A stretch of 57,671 bases of DNA, filler included, from Jimgerdemannia flammicorona (Eukaryota): NCBI GenBank assembly GCA_003990765.1. It is 3 parts of 3 records of this genome, joined end to end, with 100 filler letters (N's around TTAATTAATTAA, not from the genome) between each part and the next. Parts side by side here need not be neighbours in the genome. Positions count along the whole stretch, not along the records: positions 38,523 to 57,671 come from RBNJ01002013.1; 2 more parts are not named here. One strand, 5' to 3'. The position numbers and the translations under genes are program-made. Each line of letters starts with the position of its first letter. The stretch's first letter is position 1. A model generated the notes under the pieces. That model worked only from the letters and a program-made list of their open reading frames with translations. It did no database searches and was not told the origin of the DNA. Below are positions 38,423-51,086 of this stretch, piece by piece.

Positions 38423-38522
38423 NNNNNNNNNNNNNNNNNNNNNNNNNNNNNNNNNNNNNNNNNNNNTTAATTAATTAANNNNNNNNNNNNNNNNNNNNNN
38501 NNNNNNNNNNNNNNNNNNNNNN
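38423..38522. other. Assembly gap / artificial linker
   Basis: 100 nt of N containing TTAATTAATTAA. Confidence 0.97.
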
Positions 38523-38599
38523 TTATTTTTTTTTTTGTTTTTTGTTTTCTTTTTTATTATTTTATTACTATTTAATTTTTTTTTTTTTTATATTAAATA

Positions 38600-38900
38600 G
38601 TTAAAAAAAAACTATTTATTAGATTATCTATAATAGTTAGTCTTATATAATTATTGAGAATTCAGAGCTAAGAGATCTTTTTTGCCTTCTGAAACTAGAT
38701 ATTACTGTCTCTTCTATTAAAACTATATAAAGTGAAATTAAACTAATCTTTCAATAAAGTTATAATATTATTGAAATTATATTATAGATAAGATTAAATA
38801 CTAATTTAATTTAATCTTATTTTAACTTAATTTATTCAGAAATATAATATATTATATTAAATATTCTCTACTATTAATATAGATATTATTGAATATATAT
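38600..38900 (+). pseudogene. Possible hAT transposase fragment, heavily decayed
   Basis: IIENSELRDLFCLLKLDITVSSIKTI resembles the hAT VE..EFR.L...L.P...PSRKTI segment. Confidence 0.3.
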
Positions 38901-39559
38901 ATTTCTTAAAATTAATATATACTAATTAATTTTATCAAGCTACTAGAATTTTATTTTAGTAAAATTCTTATTAGAAATCTTAATATCTATATTTAAGATT
39001 TTATATATAGATAAAGGTATATCTTTTAAAAGAGTTATATTAGATTAGATTCCAAAAAAATTAAACTTTTAAAAAAGGTTAAAATATTTTTAAAAAAGAT
39101 CAAGTTCTTATAAAAGATTGAATTTTTAAAAAAGATTAAGTATTTAAAATATCAGATTTTTTATAAATAGTTATCTTATATTTCAAATTATTGATTTTTA
39201 TTTTAGATATTAACTTAATAATAGATAATATACTTAATAATAATATATTTTTACAAATAATTAAAATGAAGTTTAATTATATTAATCTTAATACAATAAA
39301 ACTATATACTAATAGAATTAATATATTATAGATAATTAAACTAACTATTAGCTCTAAGTTCTGAGTTCTTATGAGAAAATACTAAGTTCTAATTATCTGT
39401 TACAATAGAGTTCAGATATTACTTTTAGGTTATACTGATAAAAGTGCTATACTTATATTCTAAGATAATTAGACTCAGAATTATTAATAAGTCAGATCTG
39501 AAGATTCTGTGATAAGAATACTATTTTATTCTTATATTTGGAGAAAGCAGAGCTGAGGT

Positions 39560-40182
39560 TATATGTATAATCACATTATAACTATATCTATATACTTAAA
39601 TATACAAATCAAAGATTGGGAAGTTTTTAAGAGAGCTCTTCACAAGCAGTTCAAGCCTACTAATACTACTAAGCTAGTCAGAAACAGGTTAGTAAACATC
39701 AAGCAACTTAAGTCTGTGCAAAGTTACAATATATAATTCCTATCAATCTTACTTAAACTATTAGTGATAGCTAAAGATGAAAAGATGAACCACTATGTCC
39801 AAGGTCTGAAGGGAAATACATAAGTCAAGGTTGAGCTAGAAGAGCTACAAAGCCTTAATGAAGTTATGAGAATTACCAATAGGTTTAATGTTATTATTTT
39901 TGGTAACTACTTTAAACCAGAATACTATAAGAAGAACTACTTTGAGAACCATTACAGAAACCAATCAAGAACAGTTGACCCAGTACTAATAGATTGGATA
40001 CTATGAACAAAAAGAGCACCAAGCCTATTTCTGAAGAAAAAGACTATTTGAAGAAATCTGGAGTCTATTTCTTCTGTTACCAAATAGGATATATTATAAC
40101 CAAATGTTCTAAGACTAGCAAATCTTCTAGATCAGTCACCATATTGTCCAAAGATACATCTATTAATTCTACTATCAGTTAA
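39560..40182 (+). pseudogene. gag with decayed CCHC, family C
   Basis: Reads HYVQGLK, DPVLIDWDT (P.PM.LD-like) and GVYFFCYQIGYIITKCSK. Confidence 0.75.
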
Positions 40183-40185
40183 CCT

Positions 40186-40596
40186 AAGATCAATATCAAG
40201 AAGCTTCACCCAAAGGCCCAGGTCTCTCAATATTAAACAGAAGAAGTCATTGATCTTGACCTATATTCTGTCAAATAAATTACCATTTCAGCCAAGAGCT
40301 GAACTCTGGTGCTAACTGGAATTGTAGTCTAATGTTCTGAAGGACATTATGTTAGAATTACACCATAATCAGAACTCAGTGTTAAATATTATTTAGATAT
40401 AGATACTGATGTTATTGATCCAGACTTTCAAGGATAAGTTCAAGTTCTACTTATTAACCAGAAGGATCAAGACTACAAAGTCAAGGAAGAATACTGAGTC
40501 ACATAAATGATTCTAGAAAAGGCCAGTTAACCCAAGATTACAGAAGTCCAAGAACTCTCTGAAACTAAATGAGACTAAAAAGGTTTTGATAGTACC
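40186..40596 (+). pseudogene. dUTPase domain between gag and protease
   Basis: Reads KINIKKLHPKAQV...DLDLYS...TLVLTGIVV*CSEGHYVRITP*SELSVK...DVIDPDFQG*VQVLLIN...VT*MILEK...ELSETK*D*KGFDST. All five motifs are recognisable and in frame with gag and PR. Confidence 0.88.
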
Positions 40597-40635
40597 AATT
40601 AAGCAGCAAGTTTTACTGAAAATTGAGCTCAAGCT

Positions 40636-40960
40636 ATATTCATTTTCAAAGACCTAGTCAAAGAAAAAGAAGTTTAAGTACTTATAGACAGCAGAGCTAT
40701 AGAGAACTTTATCAATCAGAACCTCATCAAAAGCCTCAAGATTCTTATCAAGCCTGTATCCAAGAATAATAACATAGTTACTACAGATAGTATACTATAC
40801 CCTATTGAATCAATTGTCACCAAACTACCCATCAAGATCCAGAAATATTGGGAATAAGTAGACCTCAAGGTTGCATTACTAGAAGATTATAATCTGATCC
40901 TAAGAAAACTCTGACTTACAAAACATAACTTAGATATTAATTGATATAAGAATGAAGTCA
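40636..40960 (+). pseudogene. Aspartic protease, family C
   Basis: VLIDSRAIENFI (decayed LIDSGATENFI) at ~40678 and YNLILRKL*L (decayed ILGKPWL). Confidence 0.8.
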
Positions 40961-41149
40961 CATTACTTCAAGATGAAGTCAACATCACTATTAAGACAGA
41001 TAAGATCATGAAAAAGATTCAGATTGCAATACTGTCAGTCATATAGTATATATAAGAGAGTACTCAAGAAGGTAATATATACCTTTGTTGCAATAGTCTA
41101 TTCCAAGAAACAAGACCAGAAACTATCAATCAATAAAAGTATTAAGTTA

Positions 41150-44100
41150 TTACTAGAAGAATTTAAGGTTGTCTTTCCAGACAAGCTATCTGATCTATTG
41201 CCTATATAAGAAGTTGATCATGAAATTGAACTGATCCCAGGAGCTATACTACTCAAGAAATATATGTACTGTATGTTACCACTCAAAATTGAAGCATTCA
41301 AGAAGAAACTAGAAGAACTACTTGTATGAGGAGCCATTCAGCTAAGCAAATCTCCTTATTGCTCACTAGTCTTATTTGTCAAGAAAAAGAATGGTACTCT
41401 ATAAATATATATAGACTACCATATACTCAATAAGCTCACTGTTAAGAACTGCTACATACCTGCTACCCTTGATTAATCAAATCTTTGATGCTCTCAAGAA
41501 TACCAAGTACTTCACTAAGTTGGATCTCATGTCAGAATACCACTAGATTCAAATCAAGCCAGAAGATATTTCTAAGACTGTATTCATAACCCTCTTTAAA
41601 CTCTATAAATTCTTAGTCTTAGCATTTGGTCTCACCAATGTATCCACTATATTCCAGACCTTGATGAATAAGATATTCAAGAACTAACTATTTATTTTTC
41701 TATTGATATATCTTAACAATATCCTGATTTTTAGTACAACTAAAGAAGAACTTGAATATATTCAAATAGTCCTGAAAATCCTGTGAAAGTACAAGCTTTA
41801 TGCTAAGCTCAAGAAGTGTGAATTCTTTAAGAAATAAGTTGAATATCTTGGCCACATTGTCTCTGTGCAAGAAATTTAAGTAGACCTATATAAGATAAAG
41901 ATAATTCAAGAATGGCCTATTTCATCAAATCTTATAGAACTCTGATCCTTCCTTGGTCTAGCTAGCTACTATTATCACTTTGTCAGAAACTTCTCTAGTA
42001 TTGCTGAGCCACTGACTAATCTCATGAGGAAGGCCCTATACTCAGATCACTATACATATATCTTATACCTAGGACCTCTTCTGTCAATAAGCTTTTCAAG
42101 AACTTAAGAACTACCTGATCTATGCTCTAGTCCTACATATTGCAGATTAAAGTCTAAAATTTATAGCCACTACTGATGTGTTAAATTTTGCCATTGGAGT
42201 AGTCTTGTTATAAGATAATGATAAAGAACATCACTCTATTACTTTGGAGTTCTGCAAGTTGACCCTGGCTGAACAAAAGCTAGTCACTTATAAGAAGAAA
42301 CTACTAGTGATAATATATATACTAGATTACTGATAATGCTATCTAGAAAGTATTGAATTTAATATTATTACTGATCATCAATCTCTCAAGTACATCAATA
42401 TCTAATCTACTCTATTATATTTACAAGTCAAGTAGAGCCTCAAGCTTCAAACCTTTAATCTGATAATCATTTATAAGCCTGGCAAGACACTTATAGTATA
42501 CCAGATATCTTATTAAGACACCCAGACCTCACCACAATCATGCAAGTTACCTTGGCATCAGAATTTCTAGACTAAATCAGGCAAGCTTATAAAGAAGATA
42601 CAGTTGCTACTAGAGTTTTCTCAAATAAGCTCAAGAATATATATACTATTGAGAACAACTAGAACTATTATCAAAACCAAGTCTATCTATCTGAAAACAT
42701 AAACTTATATTATAAGGTTTTACAAGAATAACTCTAACTCCCCTCTTGCTGATTACCTTGAAATTGAGAAAACTGTCAAAAACATCCAATACTACTATTA
42801 TTAATCAATTATGGTCAAGAAAATCAAGAACTATATTACTAGTTATGATCTATATCAGTACAACAAGTCTACCAATCAATTGCTATAACTACTGTCAATT
42901 TTTACTAAGAAATTCAAGTAAGTTATAATGGACTTTTAACTTAACTGCCATAGACTCAATCTGATACTGATGCTATTATCATATTCATTGACTGCCTGAT
43001 TAAAACTATAGTTGCCAAACCAACCACTACTAATACTACTATATCTGAGATTGCAAGAATCTTCTTCAAGTCTATCTTCTATCACTATGGCCTGTTATGA
43101 GTAATTATCAGTGATCATGACCCCAAGTTTACTAGTTACTTCTGAAAAACTCTCTTCAAGACCCTGGGAACCCAATTGGTTATATTTACTGTCTTCTATC
43201 TACAAACTAATAAACAAACTAAGTGTATGATCAGAACTCTAGAACAGATGCTTAGAAATTATATTTCTTATAAGTAAGATAATTGTGATCACTATCTGAC
43301 TTATATAGAATTTGCATACAATAATACTATCTAATTATGGAGAGGAGGAATGGAGATTACAGATATGGAGATAGAACTACTTACTGTTAGGAGGTATACT
43401 GGTAGAGGATTTTTAGCTAGAAGATGGTATGGAATATCTACAGAAATATAAGAGAGATTTATAGTCAGAGATATGGCAGAGAATAGAGATTGATGAGGAG
43501 TGGGACTGGAATGGCATCTGGTCTTGGTGTAAGTAGGTGGTAAGATGGCTCTCTCTTAAGTTCTGGGTGATATGGTAGTGGATGCTGAGGTATAACATAA
43601 TACTGAACTATTGATCAGAATACTTAATAGAAGGGGGTACTTTGGAGTATGGAGAGTATCTGGATGTTAGGCAGATGGGGGGCATAGTACAGATCCCTGA
43701 GTATTGGCTTGGGAAGTGTGAGGTTCTGGGAGATTTCTGGGGAGCTTTTGAGGATCAACTGGGGTTGCAATCTTTGGGAAGAGGGGAAGGTGGAAGATGG
43801 GGTAATCTTCAGTATAGGTTGGTGAGAGGAGTTGGAGATGAGTGATTGACTTTAGGGTGGACTCTAGCTATTTGGGTTGGGCTTGCTGGACATTGACTCT
43901 ATGTACATATTTGAGAATAATGAATGATGTGAGAGTTGCATAATGAGAGTAGCTTCTACTAGACATTATAAATGATTGGTAGTGAGGGTAGAGACTAAGA
44001 GGGAGAATCTATAGGACTTGTGAAATATATTTGTAAGAAAAGTAGGAGGGGGGTTAGAGTCACTGAGAGATTAGTAACTCTCTAGAGAGATAGAGAGAGT

Positions 44101-44660
44101 AGGAGAGAGAGGAGTTTATATAGGATTAGATGAAGGGTGTACCAGTTCTATTGTATTAATATAATATAGATTGGATGGTAATTGGTAATAAAAGTAGAAG
44201 TCCAAGTAACTATAAAAAAAAAATACTGTCTAATTATCTACTGGTCTTTCTCCTTTTCAGTTACTCTATAGTCAAGATCCCAAGACCCCTACAAGTCTAG
44301 TCCCTTTTAAGAAAAGCAGTTGAATGCAAGTCTCTACTACTAAGAGCCTTATAGAAAAAATAGACAAACTACTCAAGATTGCTACTGTAAATCTTCAGAA
44401 GACCTAATAGCATCAAGCTAAGTATACTGATAAGAAATGCTATAATATTACTTATACTGTTGGAGAATAAGTCCTACTGTCTATCAAGAACCTTAAGATA
44501 TAATCTCAAGTCAACTGCTTATTGAACAAGTTCTAACTCAAGTATATTGGACCTTTTGAGATCACTAAATAAGTCTCTGTATCCTCTTACTGCCTCAAGC
44601 TATCTGAAACCATGAGAGTATACTCAGTCTTTCATATATTACACCTCAAGACCTAAAACT
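41150..44660 (+). pseudogene. RT, RNase H and integrase of family C (integrase interrupted by a LINE fragment)
   Basis: Reads LFVKKKNGTL, YFTKLDLMSEYH*IQI, FGLTN, YLNNILIFS, VEYLGHIVS, IISDHDPKFTS, KYIGPFEI. Confidence 0.88.
43339..44221 (+). mobile_element. 5'-truncated LINE copy
   Basis: Matches the ORF2 3' end and finishes gaagtccaagtaactat-poly(A). TSD aatactatctaattat (43323-43338) / aatactgtctaattat (44222-44237). Confidence 0.88.
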
Positions 44661-44728
44661 AGTCACTGCTCTACTCTGGCCAAATTTCCAAGCCATCTGC
44701 TCCTGTGATTATTGAAGATCATATCAAG

Positions 44729-44877
44729 TATGATGCTGAGAAAATCCTTGAAAAATAGATCCACTATTGCTGTTCTAAATATCTAGTCAAGTGGATGGGC
44801 TACTCTGAATATAATGCTATCTAGAAACTACTGATCAACCTCAAGAACTCTCAAGATCTAGTTCAAGACTTTAAGGT
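44729..44877 (+). pseudogene. Integrase C-terminal chromodomain
   Basis: Reads YDAEKILEK...KYLVKWMGYSEYNAI*KLLINLKNSQDLVQDF. Confidence 0.88.
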
Positions 44878-45210
44878 AAAATACATTATCTAATCCCTGT
44901 AGTGACTTTCTTGAATTATCAATGATCTATAACAATAACAAGTGCCTTATATATTGGAAGTTTACTTTGAGATCTCAGAACTAGTAGAATATTTAATAAA
45001 TAAGAAGTCTATTGAAATGAAGCTACTAGCTGAGTTTGAATCCCTCTCAGTTAGTTAGTCTGATAATAGGCTCTCTGTTCTATATAAGAATGACCAATTC
45101 CTGCCAATGTATTGATACAAGTTTGAGAAATTTTGGTTAAGTATATCTAGTCTTATATTATCTAAAAACTCGATGAGGACATTGATTCTTAAGGAAGGAG
45201 GGATATAATA

Positions 45211-45714
45211 GTTCTGGGGGACTTTTGGAGAGCAGTGAGGAATTAGCTGGATATGAAGAGAAGGCCAGATAGAGAGTGAGAGCACTGGGAGGATTTGCAA
45301 TCTAGGTTAGTAGATGGGGTGGACAATAGATGGCTCACTATATGGTGGGTTTTAGCTATATAAGTAGGGCTGGCTGGATATTAGCTCTTTATATTTGAGG
45401 AGAAATAGAGATTAGGTATATAGGAGAAGTTATTAAGATAAGAGGGATTGGTGAGAGATTTGCTGACAGGGTGGTGGACTGGTTGGGGTCTCTAGGGTGG
45501 GCAGTGTTGCTATCTGGTGGAAGGGATCTGTGAATAGAGTAGTGGGTAGATAGAGATAGTGAATGGTATAGTGGTCTTTTATTAAGAGAGAGTAGAGAGA
45601 GGGAGGGGGAGACCCCCTAGAGAGATCAGATAGAGGTTGGTACAGTGTATTATATAGAGGATATATAGGTGTATTAATAAATGAAGGAGTCCAAGTAACT
45701 ATAAAAAAAAAAAA
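45211..45714 (+). mobile_element. 5'-truncated LINE copy inserted at the PPT/LTR junction
   Basis: Has the LINE 3' end and poly(A). Flanks ggagggatataata / gagagagatgtaata differ only by G/A, consistent with a decayed TSD. Confidence 0.8.
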
Positions 45715-45722
45715 GAGAGAGA

Positions 45723-46174
45723 TGTAATAATTTTATAGTCATATTTAGCTCTAGTATATTTTTGTATCTTTTAGCTAGTCTTTTCTTGTCATTTCTTAAA
45801 TATTTTACTATATTCTGGAACCTTCTACTTGTTTAGAAATCTTTTCTCAGTACTCAGACATTACTAGAATATTCTTGTCTTTCCTTAGTACCAAGCAACT
45901 TATCTTAGCTAGTTATAGAACCTTTTGGAACATTGTAGAATTATATTAGTCAGCTTTACCAAGAACCTATTTCTTGGCATTTTTCTTTCTTTCCAAGATC
46001 CTTACAGATCTTTCTTCAGATCATATATAAATATCCTTATTCTCTGCCTGAATAAAGCTTAGAATATTTTCTCTCAAGAATACTTAAACCTTTAAGTATC
46101 TCTTTGAGCTACTTTAGACTAACTAGAACTTCTAGACTTAGCTGCTTCCTCTTAAAGAAACTAAAACTATTACA
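45723..46174 (+). repeat. Probable 3' LTR of family C
   Basis: tgtaata...tattaca terminal inverted repeat after the PPT, with internal tatataaa and aataaa. No partner LTR in the window. Confidence 0.68.
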
Positions 46175-46247
46175 ATACTTAACTATTAATCTATATAATA
46201 TATATACTATATATCTTATATTATTAATTTAACTATTTAGAACTTTT

Positions 46248-46686
46248 TAGTATCTCTAAAGACTAATAATGATAGAGAATTAATTTCAAATTTCTGAATA
46301 AGTATTATTAAGATTTAGTCATTATTATAATATTATAATATATTAGTTATATAATATAGAGCTTATAAAATTAATAAATCAAAAGAATATTAAAACTTTA
46401 TAGAACTTAATATATTTAATTAATTTGAATTAAATTAAGGTCTAATTTGATTATAAATCTTTATATCAACTTTAAAATACAATAACTTAATGAAAATACA
46501 TCCAAATTTAATATTCTTTATTATACTACATATATTTACTATAATAAGATATATCTAATAAGCTAAAATTTATTAAATTTGAATATGTTTTAGTCAAATT
46601 ATTAAATTTTGAAAAATTAGATTTAAATCAAACTTTGAATTAAATTGGAGTCAAATTAAATTTAATTTAATTTATTCAGAATACTA
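46248..46686. mobile_element. Older relative of the palindromic hAT MITE
   Basis: Shares the aataacttaa..aaaata..tccaaattt / aaatttg.atat.ttt.gtcaaattatt palindrome with 13130-13275 and ends gaatacta. Left end uncertain. Confidence 0.5.
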
Positions 46687-48036
46687 TATTTAATAATTAA
46701 ATAGTTTATTAAATTATTAGAGATATTTATATTTAATTTATTTTATTTTTTTTTTTATCTTTTTTTAAATAATCTAATAGAGTAATTTTATTAATAACTC
46801 TTAATCTTGATGATAAAGATTTGTAACAATATGTTATTAAATATTATACTTAGTAGTTATTAAAAGATATCATTCTGATATTAAAAAGCTTTTAATATAT
46901 AATAGATTTTATAGTCTTATAAAAATATGAATAATTTATTTAGTTATTTTAATTTATAACTTTTACTAAATAGATTAGTAAAAAATTTTAAAATTATATA
47001 GTAGAGAACTATTTAATAAATATTAACAGTAGCTATTATAATAATATCAGCTCAATAGAGGTAAATTATAAGGTTAGGGCTGCTATTTTTTTTTTTTTTT
47101 TTTGATAATATATTCTAATATAGTATTTATTTGGGGGTCTAGAGAAACTGCTAAATTATAGTTATTATAGATTTCTTTATTAAATAGATAGAAGTAGAAG
47201 TATTATAAGAAGTCAATACTCTCTCTATTACTGATTTCCTATATCAAGAAATTATCTGTCATTATAAGACACTAAGACAAATCACCACAGACTATGGAAC
47301 AAAATTTGTCAACAGATTTCATAAGATAATATATCAGAAATATAAGATTCAGTATATCAAGACTACTATATATTACTCTTAAGAAAATAGACAGATAGAA
47401 AGAACAAATAAGATCCTCAAGAACATCCTGGCTAAGATCTTAGATACATATGAGAATTAGAATAACTACCTCTCAACTGCTCTCTTTGTCCTACAAGATA
47501 TATGTATAGTTATAGAGTATACTTTACCCTAAGAGAACTGCTCTTTAGAGAAGAGGATTCTGATGGAACCTTAGCTACAAATCTAGATCTAACTTAGTGA
47601 TAAATTGACTCAGAAATCCAGAGACTATACCAAATCAGGAAGAAGGCAGAAGATTACATCATCAAGTCATAAGTGCTAATAAGAAAGAATATAGAAAAGA
47701 ATCACAAGAATCTTGAACCCATTCAAATCAGAGAAAAGGTCCTATTATATTAAAATATAGTAGAAGCCTCATAATTATAAAAACTAGAGCTTAAATAGAA
47801 AGAACTCTTCTATGTACAAGATATCAAGAGAACTACCTTCTGGCTTAGAAAACTCTCAGAGACCATACTGCCTACCACAATATATAGAAACAGACTCAAG
47901 AAGTATTATGAATCTATAAGAGAAGTAAAATATAATAACTACCCACAAGGTTCTAGTCTGCAAATCATAACAGTATATTCCATGACCAGTAGGCAATCTG
48001 TCAGAACCATTCTCTAAGGAATATAGCACTAGCAAC

Positions 48037-48040
<4 letters not shown>

Positions 48041-48108
<68 letters not shown>

Positions 48109-49219
48109 AGAAATGTGAATTCTCGAAATCTTTACTGAAAGAGTGCATCTCTATAGAAAGTGCTAACACCAATTATCATAGAAAACAATCTTTGCAATTC
48201 CTACAACCAAATCAATCAACTCCCCTCCCCTCCAACAATTAAACAATACATTGATCCCAAATCCTTACTTGAATTCATCAATATTCCCTCTCACCATGCA
48301 ACTACACATCTCTTCCTTCCGCCATATCCTCCCACACCTCCACCCTCTTGAACCCTTCTTCCTTTAACACGCGCGTAACCCCTTCCATCTGATGTCTCCC
48401 TCCAATCTCCATCACCAATCTCGGTACCCCAATCCCATTCCCACCACCTTCCCTCAAAAGCGTCCTCGCCACAACTCTCGCAATTCTCCAATGGAATGCC
48501 ATGCCTTCTTCCCCGGCCACCAACGCCCTCTGATCCTCCCACTCCTTTACATCAGGCTCCAGTCCTGCGTACTCCTCATTCGTGACATAGGGCGGATTTG
48601 ATACGACAAGATCGCACGCTTTGCGAGGTATCGCGTTGGTGATCGGGTCGAGCATGATGTCCGCCTGGATGAAAGTGACTGGATTTTGGAGTCGCGGGGC
48701 GAGTGTACGGGTGTTGAGGTCCGCGAGGGCGAGGGCGTGTGGGGCGATGTCGAGAACTTGGATGGTGGCGGATTGTGGGGGGAGGTGTGCGGCGAGAGAG
48801 AGAGCGATGCAGCCATGCTGGTGCAGAGGTCCAGGATGCAGAAGGGTTGGGATGGAGGACGGGTTAGGAGATGGGGGATCAGGAGGGTATGGAGGCGGGT
48901 CGTCCATTCTTCGGTTTCCCAGCATGGTATTAGGACTGGTGGTCGCATAATGATGTCCAAATCACAGAAGGGTTGTGTGCCAAGGATATACTGCAACGGC
49001 TTATGCTTCACCACCCTCATACGAACGAACCCTTGTAGTGCACGCCTGCTGGCTCCATCCATTCCATTCGCTTTCCGTTCTTGCAGTACATGCTCAGTAA
49101 GCCATCTAATCTCCTGCCTTGCATTTGCGATATTCCAGTCATACGCGGGCAGCAGCCTGTGCGCGAGCCGATTCGTAAAGGCCTGAAGGCTCCAGGGGGG
49201 GGGGGAGACATGACCGCGG
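48041..49219 (-). pseudogene. Processed retrocopy of a HemK/PrmC-family (Mtq1/HEMK1-like) release-factor glutamine methyltransferase mRNA
   Basis: Motifs PLQYILGTQPF, PPVLIP.WETEEW, ILDLCT, DLVVSNPPY, MEIG. No visible introns; frameshifts. 67-nt poly(A) at 48041-48107. TSD tatagcactagcaactact at 48022-48040 and 49220-49238. Confidence 0.93.
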
Positions 49220-49486
49220 TATAGCACTAGCAACTACTCATCCATGAGACTTTTAAAGCCAGAGAAGTTTGAACTATCAACTGATTAGTTAAGATCAGAA
49301 CCAGGCCCTTACTTTATATGAAGAGAGCTACTCTTTACCATTATACCAAAATATATAAGAAAGACATCAGTCTATAAATACCACTTTTCAACCACCTGTC
49401 AGAGGTTATAGGATCAGAAAATTTTTCAGACTAGATTAATGAATAAGAATACATATTCAAGAGAAGATCCTTATTTAGGAGGAAAA

Positions 49487-51086
49487 TATAACAGTGACCT
49501 CAGAATAGTAATATCATTATAGAAGACAGTCTTTTCTTACAAGCCACCAGATTAGAGTATAAGAAGATTATATAGCATAACTCATCTAGGCTATAATATA
49601 AGCAATAATGATAAATTATATATCATAATGACCATAAGATAGAGATCTCAAAGAATATAAAAGAAGGACCAGGAAACCACAGTAGTAGTAACTCAAATAA
49701 GACTCACAAATCCCAAAATAGTTTGAAAGACTCAGTATAAACAAAATTCCTACCACTTACTAAACTGGAAGGTCCAGGAACTACTAAGGCTTCTCAGTCT
49801 AAGAAAGGATATTCTAAGATATCAGAAGAGTTATGAGGACCTATATTAGAAGGATTTCTAGCCTCAACTTAAACACTAGTGACTCTTACCACTTTACCCT
49901 CTACTACTATGAAATGGAGACAAGGATCACTACCACTACTAAATATCTCTAGATATAATAAAAATATGAAATAGAAAATCTTCTCTATCAGGAATTCTCT
50001 CAGACTAGTCTCCAAGAGATATAAGATGCCATCTCTATAGATATATACAAATTGAGAGTAGCTAAAAAGATCTATTAGGTCTTCAGATATATATCTTAGT
50101 CAATCTCTAACTTAGAGTATACCAGAGTCTCAGACTTCAAGAAATTATCAGCCTGCTATATAGATGTACTAGAAGCCATAGTAGCCACAGAAGCCTAATT
50201 CACTATTACTCTCAAAAGTGATAAGATAGAAGAGTTCTGAAATTCCATCTTTGAGGATAATTCAGATCAATTTCTCCAAGGATTAATCTCAGTATTCTAA
50301 GGCTTCAGTATCTAGATCAAACTTCCTCAAGACCCCACCTTTGTTCTCTACTTTGTGGAGGAAAACATTATAGATTAGAGAGCCTCTGATCTCCTTCCTA
50401 CTACTATCAAATATAATAATGTTACCAGTGATAACATCATCCCACTAATCAATATATACAAAATGAATGAAATAGAAATATTTACTGACCTTATTTTCTT
50501 TAAAGATATTCTGTTCTCAATCTCTAGTCTTGATAATAATGATAAAGATAAAGCCCCCAGAATTCTGAACATTCTACTCTAATTTATTTATATAACTATT
50601 TATTTAAATACTTGAATGTTCTGACATTCTGATCTTATATAACTGTCAGAAATTATTCCAGTATTTTGATCTTATATAACTAATTATATAAGTACTCAAA
50701 TTTGTACTTACAACCTGAAGTTTTCTGTATTCAAATATCTTATTTAGTTATTGAATTTTATATTTAGCTTTATATCTTAGTAACTATTGAATTACATTTT
50801 ATATAAATACTCCTCTTATTTCTTATAAAATAAAATCAGTATTAAAACACTCAAGCATTCAAGTACCTAACTACTCAAGAGTATAAAGTTCCAATCCTTT
50901 ACTCAATTCCATGTAAGTAAATTCAAGAGACAATAGAACAGTTTAAAGATAAGAAGTTTGAGAACTATAAGATCTTGATAAGGCACTCCAATAGAACTTG
51001 CTTATAAGAAACTTGTAGTTGGTCTAAGAGATATACCTTAAAGAGAATCTGATATACTTGAAGAACTTAGTACCTACTATGTGACA
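49487..51086 (+). repeat. 3' LTR of family B (~1600 bp)
   Basis: Runs tataacagtgacc ... ctatgtgaca, colinear with the other two copies. Confidence 0.88.
49746..50582 (+). pseudogene. Third, strongly decayed copy of the LTR-encoded ORF
   Basis: Retains YEMETRIT, VSDF, VATEA, PQDPTFVLYFVEENI and KAPRILNILL*. Confidence 0.85.

Larger units (their letters stand above)
39500..46174 (+). mobile_element. Decayed chromovirus-type gypsy element (family C): gag-dUTPase-PR-RT-RH-IN-chromodomain-3' LTR; 5' LTR not found
   Basis: Domain motifs listed in the following features. PPT cttaaggaaggaggga near 45188-45203. 5' boundary approximate. Confidence 0.88.
47140..51086 (+). mobile_element. Gypsy family B 3' fragment (integrase C-half, PPT, LTR) hosting a retrocopy
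   Basis: Reverse-complement match to 28478-31170. PPT aggaggaaaa lies before 49487. Confidence 0.88.
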
